Source: Cyanidioschyzon merolae
Lineage: Eukaryota
Length of the DNA stretch: 64,000 bases
Strand: one strand, 5' to 3'
Assembly: GCA_000091205.1 (NCBI GenBank)
Contig: AP006500.2
A program made the position numbers and the translations under genes. Below, piece after piece: positions 1-12,383 of the stretch; the stretch's first letter is position 1; every line of letters begins with the position of its first letter. The notes beneath the pieces are model-generated. The model had not been told where the DNA came from. It worked only from the letters and a program-made list of their open reading frames with translations, and made no database searches.

Positions 1-72
1 AACGAAAATGAGTATACAATGTGTATCCTGAGCCTACGACAGGTGTCTGATGCGATGTTAGATTCGCCATCG

Positions 73-100
73 CAGCAGCAGCTGCTGCTGCTGCTGCTGC
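73..100. repeat. Palindromic trinucleotide microsatellite (CAG)3(CTG)6
   Basis: gcagcagcagctgctgctgctgctgctgc. Confidence 0.9.
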
Positions 101-672
101 ACAAGGTAGACACCGCACCGCTCTGTAGCACCTCTGTATGGGTTTCAGCTCAAGATGAAAGCTCGACGACTCTGCAGGCACCGCGCAACTGCAGGATATC
201 GCTGTACGCTGGCGGTGCTATCGCCCCGGTGATCGCCACCGAGGCGCAGCAGCGGCTACCACCCTTGTTGGGTTATGATCGTCCTACCTAACCAGGACAC
301 TGCGAGTGTGTGATGGGTATCAGCGCCCCTTGAAGCATCTTTCGTGCCGCAGCACAGCATGAAATTCCGCCAAACATCATCAACCAAGCTTGCCTTTTAG
401 GATCATGATTCGTTCGCAAGATTCTCCCTGTGTCGAGCCTAAAGCTCCACTTCGGACACCATATGGAGACAGACTGCCTTGAGCATGTCCATATGAGTGC
501 GTCTGCTTGAGGGCGTCTGTCGTCGCCTGCCCCAGATCGCATCGGCCTTGGCGAGCCATCTGATGAACAGCCAGTTGGATAAGGAAACGTGGCAGCAACA
601 GCAGCAGCGCTCGGGTGCTTTCAACGAAACCGAAAGCGCTTCCTTAACAAGCTGCGAGTCCATATCACCTGA

Positions 673-1659
673 ATGGGTGTAAACCGACTGCACATTGCAA
701 CGCCTTGTATTGAATCGAGAGAGTTTTCGCGGTTCATCGGGAGTCAGCATGTGTGGTTGAAGCTCGAAAACCTGCAACGGAGTGGATCGTTCAAGATCCG
801 CGGCATCGGATTGCTCTGCTCCGAGTCGCTTCGCCTCCAGCACTGCACTGAGATTATTTGTTCATCTGGTGGGAACGCTGGTCTCGCAGCAGCAGCAGCG
901 GCTTCAGCTTTAGGTCTTCCTGTTCAAGTCTATGTGCCGGAGACAACGCCGGCGTACATGCGAGCACGTCTTCGCTCGGAAGGTGCAACGGTGCACGTTC
1001 ACGGCAAAGTATGGGACGAGACCAACAGAAAGGCCCTCGAAGTAGTTGAGCGATCAAGTGGTGCACTTTATGTGCACCCTTTTGATCATCCGCTGATCTG
1101 GACGGGGCACAGCACACTCGTCGATGAACTCGACCAGCGTCCAGCCGCCATCGTCTTGAGCGTTGGTGGCGGTGGTCTCCTGCTTGGAGTCGTCCAAGGT
1201 CTGCAACGTCGCGGCTGGACGGATGTGCCGGTCGTAGCTGCTGAAACCGTGGGAGCGGCAAGCTTCGCGGCCACCTTCAACGCAAACGGTGTTTTGCAGC
1301 GCATTCCCACGATCGATACTGTCGCGAAAAGTCTCGGTGCATTGCAAGTATCCGAGGCCTGTGCGGAGCTCATCCGCAGCCGAGCGCACCCGCTCTATTC
1401 ATATGTGTGTACAGACCAGGAGGCGGTTGAGGCGATGCTTGCTTTCGCGACCCTGCACCGCATGCTCGTCGAGCCGGCCTGTGGCGCCGCACTGACGCTT
1501 GTGACCTCCCCGCGGGGACGCGCTTTTTTGCATGAGCATATCGGTCAAACAGGCAATATTGTTGTTGTTGTTTGTGGCGGGAATATGATCACGCCAAGTA
1601 TGCTCATGGAACTTGCAAAGGTCACAGGTGCATCTGGGGATTCCTGGTCAGCGATGTAG
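673..1659 (+). CDS. PLP-dependent serine/threonine dehydratase (L-serine dehydratase/threonine deaminase family)
   Basis: Single 328-aa ORF. N-terminal PLP-lysine motif ...LKLENLQRSGSFKIRG... The glycine-rich loop SVGGGGLL and overall collinearity with the Ser/Thr dehydratase fold. ATG at 673. Confidence 0.8.
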   Translation: MGVNRLHIATPCIESREFSRFIGSQHVWLKLENLQRSGSFKIRGIGLLCSESLRLQHCTEIICSSGGNAGLAAAAAASALGLPVQVYVPETTPAYMRARLRSEGATVHVHGKVWDETNRKALEVVERSSGALYVHPFDHPLIWTGHSTLVDELDQRPAAIVLSVGGGGLLLGVVQGLQRRGWTDVPVVAAETVGAASFAATFNANGVLQRIPTIDTVAKSLGALQVSEACAELIRSRAHPLYSYVCTDQEAVEAMLAFATLHRMLVEPACGAALTLVTSPRGRAFLHEHIGQTGNIVVVVCGGNMITPSMLMELAKVTGASGDSWSAM

Positions 1660-2750
1660 CGTGCTTGATGACGCTTGGATCGGAGGAACCTGGAGAACAT
1701 GTTGTGTGGTTGCAGATGCCGCAAGGCGCTTCTGCGAAACGACCGATTCGGTTGCACCATGATCAAGGCGAAACGTTCGTGCGCTAACCTTGCAAATGGA
1801 TGAGCAAGCAGGTGCGGCTCTCGGGTGTCTACGTCCGCTCTGCGATTCGAATGCAGACTCAGCACGCTGCATTCATGGTAGTATGGATAGAGCCTGAGCA
1901 GAGTGCTTTCGCGACGTCTGTTGGTCGTGGAGTTCCTGCAGAGGCAGCTCGCTGCTGGCCCCGAATAGCTTTGAACCATGCTTGAGGAATGCACACTGCG
2001 TTCCGAGATGCGTATGAGCGTCTGGCAAGCGACGCTGACGTGTGTCTCGGCTGCGGTGGAACCGTGTCGACACTGCGGTGCACGTCGCTGTTCGCACATG
2101 GGCAAAGAGAGGGTGGATAACCTCGGCCTAGCATGCGTTCTCAATGACACAATAGACTACCGTGAATGGACCTTGTTGTTGCCCCTGGTGTCGTTGTGAG
2201 TGCTGCAGCATTCGAATGATGCGCTGTTCGCGAAAACGCGATGCCATTCGCATCCGGTAATGTCGCAGTCGATATGCCGGTGAGTGCATTTGTTTCCGTT
2301 CGAAAGCGGACGCGGTGGCGCCAGCGCCTTAGTGCGACGCCCGGCGCTCTCCGCAGGCAAACCGCAAGCAGTGTTCCCGCTGTCGCATCTGACGCTTGAC
2401 TGCTGATCGACGCTGCCTAGTTTTCAGTTCAGTGCGCGGGAACTCTTGGTGCATGGATTTGAACGATGATGACATGCCTCGGAATTCGACACCGTATTGG
2501 ACGCTTCCGGAAACTACCACCGGTTCGGTCAACGAGCCTCGGAACGGCTACAGCCTCCTCGGGATCGCTGCACCTCGAGATGCTTCCAAACATACCTGAT
2601 AGAGGTTGCGCATATGTTCTGGGTGCGCGTTCAGATGCGCAGCCGAGCGAGTCTGCTGACTCATGAATGAAACGAAGTAGGTCATTCGTTTTCGATTTTC
2701 CCTGCTGAAGATGATACTCTCGTGATTGCTCAGATGCGTGGCATACGGCG

Positions 2751-2774
2751 GCAGCAGCAGCAGCAGCAGCAGCG
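2751..2774. repeat. (CAG)8 microsatellite
   Basis: ggcagcagcagcagcagcagcagcagcg. Confidence 0.9.
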
Positions 2775-2879
2775 TCGAGACCTCGTTCTCTAGACTTGTG
2801 TCCAATGAAAATGGAAAAATAAACTGTTTACTCGGTTCGTGTTTGTCGATTTTCTTTTGGAAATTTTATTCGGATGCTA

Positions 2880-3200
2880 AGCTTCGACACTGAAAGTGCT
2901 GTCATACGGGCTTGTGGATTCTCACAGAACGCCAGGATGCTCGGTCGTCGTTTCCGATTGGCTGCTTTGACCTGCTGCCGCTGGAATTCGATACGTCACT
3001 GGAATGCAGATGATTCGCGACAACCTCGAACTGTTCTTCGTCCAATAAACGATATCATTATTCGATGCAAGTGTACGAGCGTCCGCTCCTCGAATTTCCT
3101 TCCTTGTGGCATGCCCATATCCTGCGTTCTTCATGTGATCGATCTCTCTCTGATTCAACCCATATCATAGGCAGAATACTTCGCAATAATGGATTGATGC
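2880..3200. repeat. Degenerate partial copy of dispersed repeat family R4 (the sequence that forms the inverted-repeat arms at 33.9-37.8 kb)
   Basis: Read by eye, 2985-3100 matches the right-arm segment 36600-36720 (ctggaattcg...gattcgcgac...aaataa..atatc.ttattcgatgca). The antisense ORF 2922-3158 repeats the arm-ORF peptide ...ASNNDI.Y..K...R.SRI...PV..RIPA... Confidence 0.45.
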
Positions 3201-5419
3201 GAAACAACTCGGTTTCGATCCTTGATGACTTGTTCGCAAGCTCATGCCGAATGTTCACTGTACCTACCATCTTAAATATGCGATTTCGTTCCAAATGCAG
3301 ATGCTGCTGTATCTGGAGCCGTTGACGAAACGGGGCTCCACAACGCCAGCATACCTTTCGTGACACACGCCTCCGGTGGATCGTGTTTCTTTTGTTTGCG
3401 TAGATACTGGTCTTGGACTCGAGGTTTCGTCATCGCAACGATTGCTTGCAGTGGACCGTTCGATTTCTCTTTTTCCACAGCTGAGAGCGTAAATGGATCG
3501 AAAGTTCTCGTCTTCTACGTATCTGGATTGTATTTCCGGTACTTGTCCTATCCGGCGCATCATCCTGTTCGGTAAATCCTTTATTGAATGCAGCAGATTT
3601 CGCTTTCGCACATAGCGGACAGCAGACACATAGTGCGGATCACCCAGAAGAAGCCCTTGGTCTAAGGGTACAGCACCGAGCGTGGAAACGGAAAGGAGCA
3701 TCGAGGAGAGTCTTCTGCACCCGACAACGGTATTTACGGAGCGAGGAAGCAAGCGTTCGGGCCTCACGGCGGGCGGCGGCCACAGGAGCAGGATGAGGAG
3801 GTGCTGTTGACGTATACGAAACACACGACCACAATCGACTTTCATTGCTGTGACAGACCCCATCGAGGCTGTATTTAGAGAAGATCAACATGATCTGCGA
3901 GGCTTCGATTGCAACCATTGCTTGTGCATGAAATGTATCGACAAGAGCTGGATGCACTGAGATAGGGACATGAACGCTGCCATCAACATCCTTCGACTGC
4001 TGAGAATGGAACTAGAAGGACAGAGGACAACGGCGTGTTCACAAGTGGAGATAAGCGAGAGGCAAAGGCTGCGATCTGCTGGTGAACATTTACCGAGAGT
4101 TTAGGATCCACGCCCGAATCGCAGGGCCGGCTTCATTTCTACTCTGACATGGGCGTAGACTACATGCCAATAGCGCTGTCCGCTGGGCGTGGCGTGTTGA
4201 ACACCGCTACTCGCGAGCGATGAACAGATTCTCAACGGCAGTTTGCTTCACGTCATAGCAGACCAGCTACACGCACTATGGTTGCTGTTCCTTCAGCAGA
4301 GCAACAAGATTTATAACGAATGCAAACGATGCTTTCGAAAGACCGAGCGGATGCAAGATTCGTCAATCGATGACGATTCTGGTGCGTTATGCCGTCCTCC
4401 ATGGATTCATGGCTTTGGATCTTCTTCACAGCGTGATTTCCTGTCGCAACAGGCGGTCTCCGGAAAACATCATGATCGTCGTGTTCTGGATACACGCCTG
4501 AAACAGGTGCCATTGTCCTCGGGCAAGGCGACTGCGCTGCATGCATTCTCGAGGAAAATGGGTATCTTGCCCGCGTCTACTTCACGAGGAGCCACAACTT
4601 CTCCAATCGGACGCCGTTTATCGATTCCCTGGACGCAAGTTGCAGCGTTCTCACCTCCCCGGATTCGATACGCAGTGCAGCGCGAGACATCAGGTCTACC
4701 AGAGGCATCGTTTGACCCTAACGACCTCTTTCCCAGAGGGCACGCTGTTCGTCGCCGTCTGGTGTGCACTGCGAATTGGCATGCACGGAGTCCGTCAACT
4801 TGCCACGAATATGCCGAATGAGGAAGCCTGAATGAACACTGCCCCAGTGATAGGCTGCATCGTCTCATGGTTGATTCGGAGCAAGCGCCGCACGTGAGTT
4901 TGCTGGAGCACTGCATTCGAAACTTCGTAAACGGATGCGCGCGGCTCTGGTCCTAAGCGGGCTGCCATCGACGCATTCTTCGATGCACAGCGGGGACGCT
5001 TTGCATTCACAAAGCCACGAATGAGCACTCGTTCACGCAGCCAGGTTCCCACTGCACAAAAAGGCGTTCCTGCATCTCTCCGAGACCGCGCCTGTGTTTC
5101 GAGAAGAGTTTCCGAAGAGACTCTCCTTGCTTGTTTTGCTTTCGATGTATCCGTGAATTTAAAGCTGCAGGTTTCCCGCCATGCGCGCACAATTTATCCC
5201 GTGAACAGGTACGAGCATCTCTGTACTTGGTGGACCATCGAAGTATTCACCTAGCTATCCTTTCGGGCGCAAGTTCTTGCCAGCCCACGTTTTTCATGAC
5301 TCATGATCGGTGCGTTCAACCACATGCCCTGGTACGCCAACCTCGATTCCAGGAGATCCTGGATCGAAGCGTCACTATCGTCACACCATCACAGAGAGAA
5401 GCGCTGTGTACCGGCCCTG

Positions 5420-6130
5420 AACAGATTCAAACGCCATGAAGCATTCTGCGTCGAGAGCACAGAAACGAAATGCTACCTAGCAACGAGATCAGAATTTCTT
5501 TCCGTCTCTACGGTTGGCATTGAAAGGGGGAATGGTTTTCCGTATTTTCGAAAGTTTACATTTTTTAGGCAGAAGATCCAGCGAGCTGGACGGGTCTGCC
5601 AGGCCAGTGCTTCATGTGCCTCTGCTGGGACAGGTGCGGTGTCGAGACCTGAGCAACTCGTCCGCAACGCAGTTCTTTCCGGATTTCGGAGCTGGTAGAA
5701 TGTGTCTGGGCGCTGCCCTGATTGCGATAGTCTGCTAGAATATCGCTTCGCGCTGCCGCAGGAATCAGGTCCGGCTGCGCAGATTGCTGGCTCCCAGTAT
5801 GATCATGAATCCCAGTCCTGTGACTAGTGAACCACACCTCGATCCGACGCTCTCTGTTGTATGGTAAATATGCTCTGTCTTCATCTCACATCTGCAACGT
5901 CGCTGCAAGGACTATGGCAGGTGCAGCAAGGCGGGTATGCGGCGCACTATAGAACATACAACACGACCAGTAAATCCGAGATCAAGTCTAGGAAAATAAA
6001 CTTGAAGGTAAGGTGCAACATCACTGACGCTTTCTCGTTTACCATTATCCATCCCGCAAACTGGAATCCCGTATCAACGGAAACGTTTTGTCAAACAAAA
6101 CAATTGAGGTCGTCTTGCCGTCGCTGATTC
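5420..6130 (+). repeat. Partial copy of the Fanzor-unit 5' module (spacer plus R2), no adjacent intact Fanzor ORF
   Basis: 5420-5700 aligns with 26640-26930 (agaaacgag.atg...aatttctttcc..tctacggt.ggc...ttcgaaagtt.ac...gcttcatg). 5700-6130 aligns with R2 at 26930-27350 and with the reverse complement of 57040-57560 (tag.atatcgcttcgcgc.gccgcag...ggtatggtaaa...tagaaca...cccatcccgc...ggaaacg.t.tgtca). Confidence 0.5.
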
Positions 6131-6286
6131 GGAATCGCAAGCGACGCAAGCGCCGACCCATTTCGCTAGAGCGCTTATCTTTGCAAGCCTTGTGCGGTCT
6201 GTTTTCAGTTGGAAGAGCGTTTGGCAGCGAACTCGTTCTATCCGTCATAGGAAGCACCGCTGCGCAGAAGACTGACCAAAGTGTGA

Positions 6287-7378
<1,092 letters not shown>

Positions 7379-7493
7379 GCAACGCCAAGTCACGTCGAGG
7401 GTCCGCGGCGACGCTATCATCCGCGAGCAGCACAAGTGCCAGACTCTTGTTGGTTTCATTTCCTCGAAAAGTTTATCGAAAGATACAGAGAAT

Positions 7494-7859
7494 TTATTCC
7501 TGCTGAAACTTTTTGGTACCCTTCTTCAGTAAGGCCTTGTGAATATGGGGAATCACGCCACCGCCAGCGATTGTTGCCTTCACCAGTTGGTCCAGCTCTT
7601 CGTCGCCCCGAATAGCCAGCTGCAAGTGCCTTGGCGCAATCCGCTTTTGCTTCAAGTCCTTCGACGCGTTTCCGCTGAGTTCCAGAATTTCTGCTGTTAG
7701 GTACTCCATGACGGCGGCTAGGTACACGGAAGCAGTAGCCCCGACGCGTTCCTGTTTATGAACGCGCTCCTTTAAGTAGCGGTGCACACGACCAACAGGG
7801 AACTGTAACCCTGCTCTTGCAGACCGAGACATGATAGATTTTCCTGGAGTTTTCGCCAT
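7494..7859 (-). CDS. Histone H2A (plant-type C-terminus)
   Basis: ...[23 protein letters not shown]...[52 protein letters not shown]...[13 protein letters not shown]. The ORF track extends to 7973. The true start is the internal ATG at 7857-7859 on the minus strand (MAKTPGKS...). Confidence 0.9.
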   Translation of the reverse strand: MAKTPGKSIMSRSARAGLQFPVGRVHRYLKERVHKQERVGATASVYLAAVMEYLTAEILELSGNASKDLKQKRIAPRHLQLAIRGDEELDQLVKATIAGGGVIPHIHKALLKKGTKKFQQE

Positions 7860-9863
7860 TCCGGAGGGTGTGAAGCTCTTGAGTGAAGCGCGCGACGCGC
7901 ACGGTACGTACCGCCGTCTGTAAACGAACTGCACGCGAGGCTCGAACGGACGTTCGTGCGTAGCGAGCGCCACCGTGTGGTGCGCTGCGATTCAAAATTC
8001 AACTGGGGCAGCAACCTGGGCAGCCATACGGGAGCGCGCTTCGCTGGATACAGTTTCTCATTGGGATGCCTCGGGATCGCTGAACGCCTGAGACGTTGAA
8101 GCAGACGCTTCGGATGCACGAGAGCTGTCGCTTATCTGGGCTCAAGGAATGGTGCCTACGCAGACGCTGCACTATAGTGATCCGTGTAGAGTAGTGTTTA
8201 CTTGTAGAAGAGGAGCAGCAATTCCTAGTCTTTTGGGGAAAGTTCAGGCAATGATCGGCTCTTCGTTGCCTGGACAAGCACCAGCTAGAGGCGTGCAAGT
8301 CGTGCTGCGAAGCCGGAATTCGTCTTCAGCCCCGACTGCGACGGCGTGAGCAGACAAACCTTCCGGAGACGCGTGACGGCCCATGGACGCACCGCCGCCT
8401 CGTTCAAGACGAAGCTTTGGCTTCAGATGTACCCCGTGGCTATCTTTAACGCGGAAGAAAGGCTGCGCTGTCGGGCGGTGTGGCGGCTTCAGCATGCGGT
8501 GCCGCTCGCACCGTCTGGGCAGTCCCCGGCCCGATCTTTCGTCCGACCTGAGATCTACGCCTTGAACCAGAATCCCTCGGACGTACGACTAGTTTCGAAA
8601 TCCAGGTTTGCGATGACCGCTTCGATCGCTTGGGTCCAGTGGTGGAGCTCGAGCGCGTGTGTATGTGCTCATGTCCGTTACCGACGTTTCACCGATGATC
8701 GTCCAATAGGATAGCTCGATGAAGCTGGCGACCAAAAGCAACCGCGCATACGTTGTGAAGGACATGGCAAATGCACGCAGCGCGTCTTTGCTGAACTGTT
8801 CGTGACGCTGGCAGACCGGTAGCCTTTCCTGTGACAGAACTGCGATGTTACGTGTCTTCTTGGGTAGCGAGGAAGCCTGCTACGCAAGCGCACTGCAGGG
8901 TGGCTGTTGGCGTGCGTCCTGAACCCAAGCACGCTGCTGGGATGATCAGCTCGTCGCTTGGCATCGAAGCAGACGCGCCTCGCCGACGCTATGAGATAGC
9001 ATCGCAGGTTTTGTTCTAAGAGACCCGAGCTGATGCGCCCAACTTTGCAATGACTTGCGTGCCGTGTTCCCTTACCTTTGGCCAAAGGGCGAACACTTGC
9101 GACATTCTCGCACAAGGCAGGTGTATTCAGTCTGCTGGTGGCTATCAGAGCACTAACCAGTAGCCGCAAGAGTCAAGATTCTGCAGGCTCTGCGCTTCAC
9201 GGGCGCATCTACTCGCCGCTGATTTCGCTAGACGCATGCGTCCAGCTGGAATTTGCGCAGCGCTGCGGCCGGTCGCTGTTAATCGAGGCCCTTCGGTGGA
9301 AAGCACTGCCACTCGACGGATGCTGGTGCACGCGGAAGCACCTGGCATCCAGAACACGGTTCGGCGGTGCCCGTGGCAGTGGCGGACGTGGCGGTAGCCC
9401 GTGATGATACCCCCCGCGCCCCCGGCACCTTAGAGGTAACGAGCCCAATCGCTGAACGCGAAATGCATCACAGTGCACGCTCAGGTCCCGCTGCTACAGA
9501 GCGATCGAGCTGGCACGCGAGCTATCCTGGGTAGGGGTTTGCTGATCAGCAGGGCGTCTGCTGCGGTCGACATTCGAGCCAGTCTCAACAGTGACCAACT
9601 CGCAAGTCGTAAAGCCATTCGTGAACACCCGTACGATGCAGCGTGCGAGGCCTGCATCGCCCTCATCGTGTTGCGCTGCCTATACAAACGAGCAAGGCCT
9701 TCTTCATCCACGAATGCCCAGCTCGAGGCGTCTCGAGTCATCTGTGGCATTGAGCAAGTGTCTGGTGGACCAGCGAGCGCCACGGCGACGCACTCCAGTG
9801 CCGATGAACGCTACACACTCCAGATTCGAGCCAGGAAACAGGTCCGCTGGTGTGTCTCCAGCA

Positions 9864-10791
9864 TCACCGTAGGATCGTTTCGATCATGGACTGCGCTTGG
9901 TCATAGTATCCGCCACCAAACAGGGCGCCATGATTCAGAATATGGTAAAGGTTATAAATCACACGACGTTTCTCGCGGTAACCTTTTGGCAAGGGCCAGC
10001 TAGCGTCATAGGCCTGGTAAAATGCACGAGGCAGGCGGCCAAAGAGCTCAGTCATGGCGAGATCCACTTCGCGGTCCCCATAGTAAGTTGCGGGATCAAA
10101 GATGACGACCTCATTCTGGTTCCGCAACGTCGCTACGTTGCCGGTCCACAGATCGCCATGCACCAGGGAAGGCGTCACCTGGTGCTGAATTTCATGCTCC
10201 TGTAGGACCGAGTGCACTCGTTGCAGAAGCGCATCTTCGTTACGCAAACGTCCGCCTTGGCGAGACCGTGCCAGCTTGAGCTGATAGCGAAGGCGATTCT
10301 CCACGAAAAAGTCGGCCCAGCTGTGCATCCAGGTATTGAGCTGGGGCGTCGAACCAATAGTGTTTCCGCGGTGCCACCCGTACCCGCGGCCACCGGAAGA
10401 GCAACGATGCATCGCCGCAAGCTTCTCGCCAAAGTCTCGATAGACAGCCTCGTTACCGATTCCGCCTAGCTCGAGGTATTCGAGAACGATGAACGACCGT
10501 TCTGCGGTGTTTCCATAGCAGATCGGCGCTGGTACCCGAACCGTCTCGGACTCCGCCATAGCCTGAATGCCTTCAAACTCAGCACTGAACATGGATACCG
10601 CCTGTGGCTCACTAAGTTTCACAAAGTAGCGCTCGGTAGAGTCGTTCCGATTCAAAAGCTCCGCGCTCGTCGACCAGCCGCTACCCAGTGCACTTGCGCT
10701 GCGAAGTTCGCCCTGGAAGCTTCGCTGCAACGCTGCAGCGACACTTTCAGAAACCGCTCGAGAGAGCTCGCTGGTATACAGTGATCCCATG
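9864..10791 (-). CDS. Fructosamine-3-kinase / ketosamine kinase family protein
   Basis: FN3K family hallmarks: ...ERYFVKL...AMFSAEFEGIQAMAESETVRVPAPI..., catalytic-region HGDLWTGN..., ...DPATYYGDREVDLAM.... The ORF extends to 10898. Likely start is the internal ATG at 10789-10791 (MGSLYTSEL). Confidence 0.8.
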
Positions 10792-10884
10792 GGCCAGTTA
10801 GCGTGCGGTTGGCTGTACTGGAGCAGCGTCCTTTTTCGACAGCGTACTAGTGACACACAAACAGAACTCACTACACCGACACAG

Positions 10885-12130
10885 CGAATGCCTTCCAAGC
10901 GCCAAACGCTGTATAGGCGGTGTTTAGGAGTGGCGAGCGGTGCGCCGCCCGCAACTGACTCTGCGTCTGCCCAACAACGTGCAGACGCCTCCTAGTCTTT
11001 CTAGACCGGCCACCTATGAATGGGTTCAACTTCTTCCGGTATTATTCGACCTTGAGAGGTTCCTTCACAGGGTAAGTTCGCGTCAGCTCTGCGGGTCTCT
11101 TCTGCATCACCGCATATCTCCTTCTATTGATAGCAACGTGAAGGCCTCGATGCACAAACTCCATGCATACATCACCGCTGGTTGAATTCATCAGTGCAAG
11201 GATTCCTCGACGGCGTGCCCTGTGTGCCACTACAGTCTCGGTATCGCCCGTCGGGCAAACATCTTTTCCTGACCATCTCGCCTCTTCTTGTTCCTCGTAT
11301 CACTTGCTCTTCTTCGCGCGAAGAATCGGCGAGGAGTTTTTCCGTTTTTTTTCCGGCAGCCGGCGATGCCAGCTCTCTAGGATCCCCAATTTGCGTATTG
11401 AAATTTTTCCCTTACATTTTTTCTTCTTCGAATGAGCGCACGTCGAACGCATCTGCTATGAACCACGAAAGAGCATTGAATGTCAAACACCAGGAAGTAA
11501 AACACATTCGAGGTGAAAGACGTGAACAGGTTGCATAGAGGGCGCTGGGCGCAACACCCGTGCATGAGTCGCACAACTGTACAATCGTGTATGTTTAGGA
11601 ACTATTATGTTCTACGTGCTAGGCACCGCCGCCGTCGCCAGTGTGCGCATGCCGCAACGCATACAATACCTCCGCGGGGTATGACGCTCTCGAGCAGCGC
11701 AATGCCTATCGTCGGTGCTCGCAGTGGACGCTTTCGACTGAAATGCGGCGCATCCTACGAGGGCCTGAATTCGTTTCCGCATAGGCGTATCGATCCGAGT
11801 CTACAGCGAGTCTAGCTTCTCTTCCAGGAGCGGTAGGTCGCTGGACAATGCACTCTCGACGCTGATCATGCGTGGCTCTGGTGAAAAGGTGTATGCGACC
11901 TGGGAGCCTGCCTCAGAGGGAACGGGCGATGTTCCCACTGAATTTTCTTCATCAGGATGCTGTGGACGCAGAGGAGCACGGTCTGCTTCGCAATGCTTCT
12001 GCTGGGCTCACCAGCACGAGTCACATCTTCGAGAGGGTGCTCAGTGTGCACCAGTGCCGCCCAGCTCAAACAATTGAGTTGCTCGCTATGATTTCACGGG
12101 TTCTGGGGATGTAGCCGGTTGCGGATAGCT
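10885..12130 (-). mobile_element. Internally deleted (non-autonomous) Fanzor-family element with its right end (RE), a C-terminal coding remnant, an N-terminal remnant, and degenerate spacer and R2
   Basis: 10885-11045 matches the conserved 3' non-coding region of copies A and B (gtgcagacgcctcc.agtcttt..gaccggccacc). 11045-11295, minus strand, encodes a remnant ...ETVVAHRARRRGILALMNSTSGDVCMEFVHRGLHVAINRRRYAV... homologous to the copy-A C-terminus, with RuvC-III degraded (RDFNAA to RGLHVA). 11295-11560 matches the N-terminal/NLS region of copy B 57950-58150. 11560-12100 is weaker homology to the spacer and R2. Confidence 0.55.
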
Positions 12131-12383
12131 GCCTGTCGCCCTGTGGGCAACGATCTGCCTGCAATCCTTCCGAGTCATCCAGAAGCAACTGCTGCATTGG
12201 CGCTGTATCATGTTCAACGCTACATTTGAAGCATTCATCGAAAATCTCTCGTTCCGCACCAGGAAGGCAATCGGATAGCGTTCCGTTGCACAAGCCACGC
12301 ACTATGTCGCCATTCGGTATCTACAGCCATGATGAACGTCGCCATATGCTGCTCACTGGTAGCTGCAACGCCATGCTTCCAGC

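Noticed and set aside
3150-3240. Possible tRNA-like T-arm 'ggtttcgatcc' at ~3190
   Set aside because: No acceptor or anticodon stems can be drawn, and it sits inside an R4 repeat fragment. I found no other tRNA, snRNA or 5S-like signatures in the window.
8000-9860. Several 100-180-aa ORFs on both strands (e.g. 8678-9169 minus, 9473-10003 plus)
   Set aside because: None has recognisable domains. The reading frames overlap each other, and the composition is typical of chance ORFs in GC-rich DNA.
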